A stretch of 58,953 bases of DNA from a virus. Lineage: Duplodnaviria; Caudoviricetes. This document shows, in pieces, positions 44,811 to 53,277 of this stretch. The stretch is taken from IMG/VR virus record IMGVR_UViG_3300009788_000015, positions 1-58,953 of that record; one strand, written 5' to 3'. Made by a program: the position numbers and the translations under genes. Positions within the stretch are counted from its first letter, which is position 1. Each line of letters opens with the position of its first letter. The notes under the pieces were generated by a model. The model searched no databases, had not been told where the DNA came from, and was given only the letters and a program-made list of their open reading frames with translations.

Positions 44811-45116
44811 TTATGCGCCCTGCCCCCGGCGCGCCACCGGGGGCAGCCGCTCGCGCATCGCCCGCAGCTCGGCCAGGACCTGCTCCTGGATCTGCTGGGT
44901 GACCTCCATCCGATAGACGAGCTTGCCGAACACCGTCACGCCTTCGAGCTCGAAGGCGGCGAAGGCGTCCACGGCCTTCTCCAGCGTCTTGATGAGCTTG
45001 GCGACCTCCTTGTCGCGCTGCTCGATCAGCCGGTCCGACCTGGACTGCATAGCCTTGACCAGCCAGACGAGGGCGGCCACCAGGGCCGACAGTACCGCGA
45101 GCAGCGCCTCGTTCAT
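44811..45116 (-). CDS. Holin-like protein (single N-terminal TM plus coiled coil)
   Basis: MNEALLAVLSALVAALVWLVK; last gene after the tail module. Confidence 0.5.
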   Translation of the reverse strand: MNEALLAVLSALVAALVWLVKAMQSRSDRLIEQRDKEVAKLIKTLEKAVDAFAAFELEGVTVFGKLVYRMEVTQQIQEQVLAELRAMRERLPPVARRGQGA

Positions 45117-45124
45117 GTGGTCAC

Positions 45125-48070
45125 CTACGCTGACAGAGCCCCGTAGGCCACGTCGCTCGTCCCGTCGTCGACCTCGACGAAGTTCGGGTCGGGTGACTCG
45201 TTGACTGTGTGCCGAAGGCGGATCGTGTCGTTGATCGCCAGCACCCCCGTCGCGCCGGTCGTGCCACCAGCAGAGATGATGGTGGTGAAGCCGGCACCGT
45301 TGATGCTCACCTCGACGTCGCTGGTCGAATAGCCCGCACCGATCGTCACGTTGTGGACCGTGGCCGAGGCGACGACGTAGGTGTTGCTGAGGTCCGCCGC
45401 CCGCAGGTTGCCGCCCAGGTAGAACTGCGCCGTCCTCGCGCTGGTGGGGACCACGTCGTGGATCAGCTCGCTGCGGCCGACCAGGTCCGTCAGGAGCAGG
45501 ACGTCGTGGCGCACCTCGATCTGCACCCGGATCAGGGTCCCCGCGGCCGCGAAGGTGACGACTTGGGCCTGGGTCGGGGTCAGCGGACCGGTGCCCGTGA
45601 CCCACGCGCTCTGGAACGCGAGGTCGTTGGCGCCGAGCGGGTCCACGAACACGGAGACCCGGAACTCGGTGCTCGCGTCGGGCGCGTTGTCCTGGAGGAG
45701 CTCCTGCACCTCGTCGGTGGCGGTGAACCTCCTGCGGTGCCAGTCGACGTCGAAGCCGACGCCGTTCAGGCCGGCCCCGTCGCCCTCCAGGGCCGGGGTG
45801 TTGAACCTGGTCCCGCTGCCGTTGTAGAAGGCCGCCTGGGGCGGGTAGGGCCGCAGCGCCCTCTGGGCCATGGTCAGGGCGATCGTCGTCACGGACCCGG
45901 CGAAGGTCGCCGCCGACGACCGCATCCGCAGCTCGATGTCCACGTTGTTGGTGTCGGGGAAGATCGTGTCCGTGAGGCTGCCCCCGAGGAAGATCAGAAA
46001 CACGTCCGCGCCGCTCGCGTGGTTCTCCTGGGCCGTCTCGAAGATCCCGCGGTAGACGTTCTGCAGGTCCACGTTCGCGGCGTTGTCCGCCGCCGAGGTG
46101 GGCAGCATGAACTCCGTGCCGACCAGGATCAGGTGGACGAGGTTGACGCCGAGGTCCTGCAGCGTGGCCGCGTCGTCGAAGGCCGACTCGATCTCCGCCT
46201 GCGAGTCCGGCGTCGGCACCACCGTGATCGTCGCAGTCGGGATCGCCGTGCCGGCCCCCAGGGCCGCGTCGAGCTCGCCCACCTTGACGAAGGCCACCAC
46301 CGCGTCGTCGATCGCGGGCGCGAAGGCCCCGGCCGGCGCCCCCGAGGCGTTGCGCTGGCCGACGTCGAAGCCGATCTCGTTGAGCTGCCTGCGGACTGCC
46401 GCGAACACCTTGGACACGTTCGGGTCCCCGGCGAAGTCCGGGTCCCGGGTGATCAGTCCCCTGGGCGCCTCGAACGCGAGCTGCTCCGCGGCCGGGTACG
46501 CAGTCAGGGAGATGGCCGGCTCCACCCACTGCGTGGCGGCGGGGTCGCCGAAGGAGGGCGACAGGAACCGCCACACGTCCTCGATGCACTTCAGCGTCAT
46601 GTGGTTGTTGGTCAGGGTCCCATAGTCGATCTCGAGCACCCTCATCGGGTGCTTGACCAGGCCGTGCTCCTCGCTCGTCCAGGCGGCGACGCCGCCGATG
46701 ATCTGCGTGAAGAACTGCCTGCTCACGACGAACGTCGCGCGCTTCAACGGGCGGCCCTGCGCTCGGCCGTCCCTCCACGCGATGTTCGCCGCCAGGGCGG
46801 AGTCCTTGACGCCCGGGTAATCGACGATCGACGGGCTCCCGCGCGGGGCCGCGATGGACCCGCCGGCGAGCAGGACGGCGTTCGCCGAGTTCTGGTACGG
46901 GGCGTAGCTCTCCTTGTAGTCGTCCACGCGGTTGAAGTACTTGACCTGGAGCTGGTTGGTGGTGTCCTCCCAGGTGCCGGGCACGTATTCGCGCACCTCC
47001 TCGATCGTGTCGTCGTCCAGCTGCAGGATCGTGTTCACGTCGTAGCCCCAGACCGGGTCCGAGCGCGCCCGGACCAGCTGGACGGTCCACTTGCCCGTCG
47101 TGGGGTGCATGAACACGTGGCCGTCGATCTGGCGGCTGACCTCGTTGAGGATCTCCACGGCCTCCTTGGTCGTGTCGATCGGCATCGAGAACCCGTTGCC
47201 CTCCGCGATCATGGTGTCCGACGCCTGGACGAAGGTCGACCCAGGCCCGACGTCGATCTCTGCGTCGACCGCGCCGAAGCCCCACTCCGTGTTGGTGAGG
47301 ACCTCGTAGGCCCAGTTGATCGGGTTCACGTCCCCGTCGGACCCGACCAGGTTCTCGCCGGCCGACTGCCCGGAGAATGTCGCGAGCGTCCTCTCCACCT
47401 CGACGTCCCACTGCTCGGTGTTGGCGGAGTTCCCGAGGTCCGCGCCGCGGTCGGCCGCCGTCGCCAGGGCGTTCGTCAGGTCGCGCACCAGCAGGTAGCT
47501 GGTCCCGGTGTACCTGGGGGCCGTGGGCGTAGCGGCGGAGGTGACTCGCTGGCGCGCCGCCGTGTCCAGGAAGGCCGAGACGGACTGCGTGTCGCTCCCC
47601 GGGAAGAAGTCCACCGACGCCCGCACGCCGCCCGAGCCGAACTTGTCGCCGCCGAACAGCTCCGGCTCGTCGACGTCGACGCGGCCCTCGCCGGTGATCG
47701 TCCCGGCGAAGACCTCCTTGTCGCCGACGAGGATCTTCTTCAGGACCACGTCGGGGCCGATGCCGATGGCCAGCTGCAGGGCCAACCTGTATCGGTAGCC
47801 GGTGATGTGGCGCGTGGTCTTCTTGAAGATGATCCCCGACTTGACCTTCTCGACGATCGGCTCCTGGTCGAAGTCCGAGTAGTCGATCACGTTCAGGTTC
47901 TTGAGCTTGACGCGCCCGACGACGAGGGTGACGGGGCGCCCCTCCGTGGCCGTCGTAACCTGGATGTCCCCGAGCCCGGAGGGCCTCGCGTTCTCCACCT
48001 TCGGCTTGGGCGTGAGCAGGTCCTTCAGCACGAACACCGCCGCCAGGAACAGGATGGTGAAGAAGACCAC
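45125..48070 (-). CDS. Central tail tip / host-specificity protein (J-like)
   Basis: LTPKPK...PSGLGD...ATEGRPV, PRYTG, DVNPIN, RALRPYPP; 981 aa after DUF2163. Confidence 0.82.
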   Translation of the reverse strand: MVFFTILFLAAVFVLKDLLTPKPKVENARPSGLGDIQVTTATEGRPVTLVVGRVKLKNLNVIDYSDFDQEPIVEKVKSGIIFKKTTRHITGYRYRLALQLAIGIGPDVVLKKILVGDKEVFAGTITGEGRVDVDEPELFGGDKFGSGGVRASVDFFPGSDTQSVSAFLDTAARQRVTSAATPTAPRYTGTSYLLVRDLTNALATAADRGADLGNSANTEQWDVEVERTLATFSGQSAGENLVGSDGDVNPINWAYEVLTNTEWGFGAVDAEIDVGPGSTFVQASDTMIAEGNGFSMPIDTTKEAVEILNEVSRQIDGHVFMHPTTGKWTVQLVRARSDPVWGYDVNTILQLDDDTIEEVREYVPGTWEDTTNQLQVKYFNRVDDYKESYAPYQNSANAVLLAGGSIAAPRGSPSIVDYPGVKDSALAANIAWRDGRAQGRPLKRATFVVSRQFFTQIIGGVAAWTSEEHGLVKHPMRVLEIDYGTLTNNHMTLKCIEDVWRFLSPSFGDPAATQWVEPAISLTAYPAAEQLAFEAPRGLITRDPDFAGDPNVSKVFAAVRRQLNEIGFDVGQRNASGAPAGAFAPAIDDAVVAFVKVGELDAALGAGTAIPTATITVVPTPDSQAEIESAFDDAATLQDLGVNLVHLILVGTEFMLPTSAADNAANVDLQNVYRGIFETAQENHASGADVFLIFLGGSLTDTIFPDTNNVDIELRMRSSAATFAGSVTTIALTMAQRALRPYPPQAAFYNGSGTRFNTPALEGDGAGLNGVGFDVDWHRRRFTATDEVQELLQDNAPDASTEFRVSVFVDPLGANDLAFQSAWVTGTGPLTPTQAQVVTFAAAGTLIRVQIEVRHDVLLLTDLVGRSELIHDVVPTSARTAQFYLGGNLRAADLSNTYVVASATVHNVTIGAGYSTSDVEVSINGAGFTTIISAGGTTGATGVLAINDTIRLRHTVNESPDPNFVEVDDGTSDVAYGALSA

Positions 48071-48071
48071 G

Positions 48072-48902
48072 TCAGCCTCGGATTCCAGTCTGAAAAGGGT
48101 TTCTGTTGGGCACGTGCGCGTATCCGCCGAACTCGATCACGTTGTCGTACACCAGCGCGCAGTCGCCCTCGAGCAGGTGGTCGCACCCCGCGAAGACCTG
48201 AACGTCTTGCCCGAGGAAGCTGCCCGGGAAGGGGACGTCGAGGCTCAGAAGGTCGCCCGACTCCGCCAGGACGTGGCGGAAGTCGACCTCGCTGACGGGG
48301 CGGACGAAGCCGGAGATGAACTTGAGCGACGAGGCACCGACGCCGTCCACGGTGATCGTCGCCAGGTCGGGGTCCTCCGCGGTCACCTCGCCGACGATGT
48401 TGTGGAGCGCCGGGTTGACCTTGCAGAACTGGTCGTAGAGGAAGTGGTTGCACGACGACATGTACGTGCGCCTGGGGATCCTCTGGTTCAGCGCCGCCTC
48501 GAGCGTCCGCACGGCGACCTGCGCCATCGTGCCGCCGAGGACGAACTTCACGTTCTGCACCAGGCCGGTGAAGATCAGCACCGTGGTCAGCGACGGCGTC
48601 TCGTCCCTCTGGACGCGGAAGGCCCGCACGCTCGCGCGCACGCCCGGCGGGATGTCCCGGTACCGCCTCGCGAACTCGTTGTCCGCGCGCATGGTCACGG
48701 TGAGCGTGCGGTTCTTGCGCTCGGACCCCTGCACGATACTGCTGCGCGACAGGCCCGGCTCCGGCTCGAACGTGTCGACGCCGATGGTGATGGGCACGGC
48801 CGCGCTCGTGAGTCGGAAGGTGATCGTGCCGAGCGTGATCTCGTAGAGCTCCACCGGGCGCGAGCTATCGAAGCTGGTCTCCAGTTGTTCGAGCGTCGCC
48901 AT
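48072..48902 (-). CDS. Tail-tip assembly protein (DUF2163 / BR0599, lambda L-like)
   Basis: SRPVELYE, CNHFLYDQFCKV, AGCDH...C...NVIEFGG...VPNRNPF. Confidence 0.85.
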   Translation of the reverse strand: MATLEQLETSFDSSRPVELYEITLGTITFRLTSAAVPITIGVDTFEPEPGLSRSSIVQGSERKNRTLTVTMRADNEFARRYRDIPPGVRASVRAFRVQRDETPSLTTVLIFTGLVQNVKFVLGGTMAQVAVRTLEAALNQRIPRRTYMSSCNHFLYDQFCKVNPALHNIVGEVTAEDPDLATITVDGVGASSLKFISGFVRPVSEVDFRHVLAESGDLLSLDVPFPGSFLGQDVQVFAGCDHLLEGDCALVYDNVIEFGGYAHVPNRNPFQTGIRG

Positions 48903-48903
48903 G

Positions 48904-50706
48904 TCAGTTGTCGTCGAAGACCCTCAGGAGTGGGGCCCGGACCCTGGCCAGGCCGTCTCGCTCGTGCAGCAGCTCGAGGTCGTCGGACTCGAACCTCACG
49001 AGCTCGTAGAACTCGATCCGCACGACCTCGGCCACGGTCCTGGCCGCCGGCCAGGTGTCGTCGAGCGTGAGCCGGTCGACCGTCGCGCTGACCTTCACGG
49101 AGCTGGTCACGTCCCGGACCAGCGACGAGTCGTCGGTGAAGGTAATCCGGAACTTGGTCATGGGCAGCCTGGACCTCACGAGGCGGGTGTAGTCCACGGA
49201 CTCCACGTCGATGGTGTTCGCGGCGGAGACCAGGTCGGCCACCGGGAGCAGGTCCTCGATGAAGGTGGGGATCCAGACGGCTTTCTGAGGCCCCTGGAGG
49301 CCGACCATCAGCCTGCGGAACTGGAGGATCTCCGCGCGGCTCCTCAGGACGAACCCCTTCTGGTGGAGTCGCTTGTTCCTGTCCCAGAGGCTGACCTGCA
49401 CCACCTTTCCCGTCTCGTTGTCGACCCTGAACAAGCGCCGGGTATACCGCTCGGGCATGTCTCCCTCGACCACGTTGCAGTCGTCGAGCAGCACGCGCCC
49501 GTTGAGCAGCGACCAGAAGCCGGGGGTGGTGTCGCCGGCGAGCGCGCCGGTGTCGTTGTCGTCGACCTCGAAGGAGACCTGGAACGACGCCAGCTCGTTC
49601 GGCGCGCGGCTGCCGACGACGGGCGCGACGATCCTGGCCGTCCGGAGCGGCATGATCTTGGTGCCCGCCGCGTACCCGTTGACCGACGCGTTCACGGCGG
49701 TGATCAGGGTGGGGCTCAGCGCCTGGATCTCCAGGACGTCGAAGGTGAAGGAGTCCTCGATCACCACCGCCAGGCCGCCGAGGCGCAGGTCCACGTCGTC
49801 GGCCCCGGCCACCGGGTAGGTCGTCGCCGCCGGCGAGACGGCCGCGGTCAGCGTCAGCTGCTCGTTCTTCAGGGGGAACCCGAACACGTTGTCCATCCAG
49901 TCGAAGAGCAGCGCCTGCATGCGCCTGCGGTCGGTCCCCTCGAGGAGGTAGGTCGGGAAGAACGACGCCCGCGGGTTGGGCCTGAGCGAGATGCGCTGCT
50001 CCTTGCCCGCGCGGAGCGGGATGATGTCGGACTTGAAGGACATCCTCTCGCGGAAGTCCACCTCGTAGTCGAACGGGATCAGCACGATCCGCGTGCCGGA
50101 CACCAGCAAGAAGACGTCGTTGGAGGTCACCGCGAAGGTGATGTCGGCGTCGAAGGTGGGCAGCCCGTCCTGCGTCGCCCTGACCTTGGTCTTCACGGGC
50201 ACGCCCAGCCCCGAGGTGAGTTGGTGGTTGAACGTCGAGGTGGGGTCCAGCAGCGAGTACAGGCTCGCGATCTCGACCGGCGGGGTGACGTTCGGCAGCT
50301 CCACGCCGGGGGTCGCGTTGTTGACGATGAGCGTGATCGTGCGGTCGTCGGCCCGGTAGGCGTTGAAGATCTCGTAGTCTTCGTCGACCTGCGTGATGAT
50401 GTTCCCGAACTCGATCTTGATCCGCGGGGTTATGTGGATGGCCTCGAACCAGTCGGCCCCGACGGTGGCCAACTTGAACGGGTGGACCTCTCCCAGGTCG
50501 TTCTCCGCGGCGGCCGGCGGTCCCGCGCCGCCGGCCTGCAGGTCGTCGCCGAAGGCCATGGGGACCTGGAGCGCGAGCAGGCTGTCGAACTCGGTGGCGA
50601 GGCCGGTCACCGGCGGCGCCGCGAACCCAGCCGTGCGCCCCGGGAGGAACACCTCCACGTCCGGCGCGAACCTCGGGTCGATGAGGGCTCCCGACAGCTC
50701 GACCAC
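48904..50706 (-). CDS. Distal tail protein-like
   Basis: ERMSFKSDII...EQRISLR..PR, LQGPQKAVWIPTF, VRFESD. Confidence 0.7.
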   Translation of the reverse strand: MVELSGALIDPRFAPDVEVFLPGRTAGFAAPPVTGLATEFDSLLALQVPMAFGDDLQAGGAGPPAAAENDLGEVHPFKLATVGADWFEAIHITPRIKIEFGNIITQVDEDYEIFNAYRADDRTITLIVNNATPGVELPNVTPPVEIASLYSLLDPTSTFNHQLTSGLGVPVKTKVRATQDGLPTFDADITFAVTSNDVFLLVSGTRIVLIPFDYEVDFRERMSFKSDIIPLRAGKEQRISLRPNPRASFFPTYLLEGTDRRRMQALLFDWMDNVFGFPLKNEQLTLTAAVSPAATTYPVAGADDVDLRLGGLAVVIEDSFTFDVLEIQALSPTLITAVNASVNGYAAGTKIMPLRTARIVAPVVGSRAPNELASFQVSFEVDDNDTGALAGDTTPGFWSLLNGRVLLDDCNVVEGDMPERYTRRLFRVDNETGKVVQVSLWDRNKRLHQKGFVLRSRAEILQFRRLMVGLQGPQKAVWIPTFIEDLLPVADLVSAANTIDVESVDYTRLVRSRLPMTKFRITFTDDSSLVRDVTSSVKVSATVDRLTLDDTWPAARTVAEVVRIEFYELVRFESDDLELLHERDGLARVRAPLLRVFDDN

Positions 50707-51683
50707 TAGGCGACCCTCTTGTAGGCGACGAACTGGTGCCCGCTGGTGTTCAGGAGGGCACCGGAACTACCCTTGGTGAGGCTCGGAAATACTTGCCACG
50801 TGTCGCCGCCGACCGTGATCAGCGCGCCGGCGGTCCAGAACTCGCCGTTGAAGAGCCTGGTGTCCTTCATCCAACCCAGCGGGTGCGTGTCGCCCGTGAC
50901 CGGGGTGTCGACGAACCAGTTCAGGATCGGGACCATGGGCTGGAGGCCCTTCGACGTGTCCTGGCCGAAGCGACCGAAGGGCACCATCACCGGGCCGCCC
51001 CGAAAACCGCCCACTATCTTGGACCGAGCGTTGGAGGCCCGATCGGTGCCGAACGCCGAGTGCTGGCCCACGCAGACGCCCCACTTCGTGGTCCCGGGCA
51101 TGCCCTGCAGCCCCTCGATGTGCATCGTGGCGACGAAGTCCTCGATGTTGGCGAAGGCCGACAGGCCGTCGAGCAGGACGGACGATTCAGGAGAGACGGC
51201 CACGTTCGTGGTGACCCCGGTCTTGTGCTTGTATCCGTAGGCGTACTCGCCGCCCGTCCAGTCGCCGATCTTGTCGATGATCCCGAACCCACCGTGGATG
51301 TGGATGCCGTCGAGCCTCTGCACCACGAAGTGGAGGTAGTTGTCGTCCTCGAATCCCCACCACTGCACCGGGGTGTCGCTGATGGCCAGCTTTCGGCCGG
51401 CGACGAGCGTGGCTTCGCTGCCGCTGACGTTGCCGTTGCCGCTGTCGTCGGTGTGGTTGCCCGGGTCGGTGGCTGCCGACCATGCCAGGGCGTTGTATAT
51501 GGCCAAGCTGTTGGGGCTGGCCGTGTCCCAGCGAAAGGAGACGAAGACCGTGGACTTGCTCAGGGCGAACCTCCCTGTGCCCGCGTTGAACTCGTCCTGC
51601 GTCCAGCCGTTGGCGACCGCGAAGGCGTCGAGCTTCGTCGCGAAGTCGGCCATGGACGACAAGGTCTCGTTGATGAATGCCAT
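50706..51683 (-). CDS. Virion tail structural protein
   Basis: ITVGGDTWQVFP C-terminal pattern; tail module. Confidence 0.7.
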   Translation of the reverse strand: MAFINETLSSMADFATKLDAFAVANGWTQDEFNAGTGRFALSKSTVFVSFRWDTASPNSLAIYNALAWSAATDPGNHTDDSGNGNVSGSEATLVAGRKLAISDTPVQWWGFEDDNYLHFVVQRLDGIHIHGGFGIIDKIGDWTGGEYAYGYKHKTGVTTNVAVSPESSVLLDGLSAFANIEDFVATMHIEGLQGMPGTTKWGVCVGQHSAFGTDRASNARSKIVGGFRGGPVMVPFGRFGQDTSKGLQPMVPILNWFVDTPVTGDTHPLGWMKDTRLFNGEFWTAGALITVGGDTWQVFPSLTKGSSGALLNTSGHQFVAYKRVA

Positions 51684-51689
51684 TCGTTC

Positions 51690-53273
51690 CTACCCTTCCT
51701 GCATCGCGAAGAAGCTGTACCGCTCGGTCCTGTGCGCGTTTCGGAACACCGAAAAGCGGTCGCCGGCGATGGTGAACGTGTCCTCGACCGCGATCTTCGA
51801 CCCGTCGCCCTTCGTGCCGCTGATCCAGAAGACGTTGTCGAGCTCCAGGTGTATGTCGTTGTTCGGCCCGTTGGTCACGTCCGGACTGCGCACGAGCGTG
51901 ACGGGGATGGGGAGGAACAGGTCTCCTCCGGAGTTGGGCGTCGGAAGCATGAGCCGCGTGGCGACGCCGCCGGTGTTGAGCGCGATGCCGTCGTAGAACG
52001 CCATGTTCCCGACTTCCACGATCCTGTTGGCGTCCGTGGTGGGAACCACGTTCTCCTGCTGGCCCACGGGGTAGAGCGTGTGGTTCCGCAGGAGCGAGCC
52101 GTTGTTCGAGTTGGCGACCTCGACCCATGTCAGGTCCGTCACGCGGAAGAAGAAGCACGGCCCCACGCCGCCGGATGGCCGAATCGCCTCCGTGATGCCC
52201 GTGACGTTCAGGCCGGCAGCCTCGACGCTCGTGTTGAATCTTGCGCTGGATCCACCCGTGAACATCGGGTAGCGGTTCTCGGTGGTCGTCCCGAATGGGT
52301 TCCCGAGCCCGCCGTAGAAGGAGTGGTACGCAGTGACGGCCCCGCCGACGGTCTTGAAGTCCCCGGCCACCTTTCGTCCGTTTACGCTGAACCTGAAGTC
52401 CATCGCTGCGTCGAGCAGCAGCACGTGCGACCCCGTCGTCCCCGGCAACGCCGCGGGTCCGACTCCTGGTTGCGCGGCATAGGCCAGCGCTGGATTGTTG
52501 GCCGTGAATCCCGAGATCAGGAACCCCCAGCGGTCCGTGCTCGCGCTGACGCTGTCGCTGTAGCTGCGGAACCCGATGAAGGGCGCGTCACCACCGGCCA
52601 CGGTGCCGAGCAGGATGATCTCCTTCTCGTCCGTGACGCCGTCTGCCGTGAAGTCGTTGCTGTCGTGCAGGGTATCCCAGCCGGTGTCGGTCAGCGTCAG
52701 GTTGAACGTCGCACTCGAACCGGCGCCCCCGGTGGCGGCAATGCCGGTGGTCCCGACCAGGCCAGTCATGGTGGTGTCGATGGTCGCAGCGTCGTTGCCG
52801 GCGAAGGCTGCTGGGCCGATCCCTACGGTTGCAGCACCTGTGGCGGAGGGAGCCACCGAGTAGGCCCCGCCACCCTCGAAGAGGACCACGGTGTCGATGG
52901 CCCCACCGGTCTCGGCGGACACGCGGGCCTTACCCTTCTGCGTCGACGTCCCGCCCTGGACCTGGAGGACGTCGTCGACCGCGTACCCGGCTCCGGCCGC
53001 GTTGATGGTTACAGAGAGAAGCCTGTTCGAGAACGCTCCCATGTTGCGCAGCTTCGCCGAGGTGATCTCACCGCTGCCGCCGACGGTGATGACCTCGATC
53101 GTGCAGTCGAGGACGGCGCCCGCGTGCGAGATCGTGAGGATGTTGCCCACGACGTAGCCGGTGCCCGCCGCGTTGATGACGATCGCGGAGACGTGCTTGC
53201 TGGTGGAGAACTCGTGGAGCTTCACCAGCGCGTCCCTGTAGTCCGCCGCCGTAGTTCCTGCCTGCCACGCCAT
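51690..53273 (-). CDS. Virion tail structural protein with duplicated INAAGxGY repeats
   Basis: MAWQAGT...; follows the TMP. Confidence 0.7.
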   Translation of the reverse strand: MAWQAGTTAADYRDALVKLHEFSTSKHVSAIVINAAGTGYVVGNILTISHAGAVLDCTIEVITVGGSGEITSAKLRNMGAFSNRLLSVTINAAGAGYAVDDVLQVQGGTSTQKGKARVSAETGGAIDTVVLFEGGGAYSVAPSATGAATVGIGPAAFAGNDAATIDTTMTGLVGTTGIAATGGAGSSATFNLTLTDTGWDTLHDSNDFTADGVTDEKEIILLGTVAGGDAPFIGFRSYSDSVSASTDRWGFLISGFTANNPALAYAAQPGVGPAALPGTTGSHVLLLDAAMDFRFSVNGRKVAGDFKTVGGAVTAYHSFYGGLGNPFGTTTENRYPMFTGGSSARFNTSVEAAGLNVTGITEAIRPSGGVGPCFFFRVTDLTWVEVANSNNGSLLRNHTLYPVGQQENVVPTTDANRIVEVGNMAFYDGIALNTGGVATRLMLPTPNSGGDLFLPIPVTLVRSPDVTNGPNNDIHLELDNVFWISGTKGDGSKIAVEDTFTIAGDRFSVFRNAHRTERYSFFAMQEG

Positions 53274-53277
53274 GCCT

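Noticed and set aside
44811-47411. 866-aa minus-strand ORF overlapping the tail-tip gene
   Set aside because: Arg/Gly-rich off-frame read. Only the last 101 aa (from ATG 45116) look like a real protein
45209-48295. Very long plus-strand ORFs (1028 aa here; also 6560-9475, 50736-53339, 21727-23883, 14576-16639)
   Set aside because: Antisense shadows of real GC-rich genes; no RBS or motifs, low-complexity Arg/Gly/Val composition
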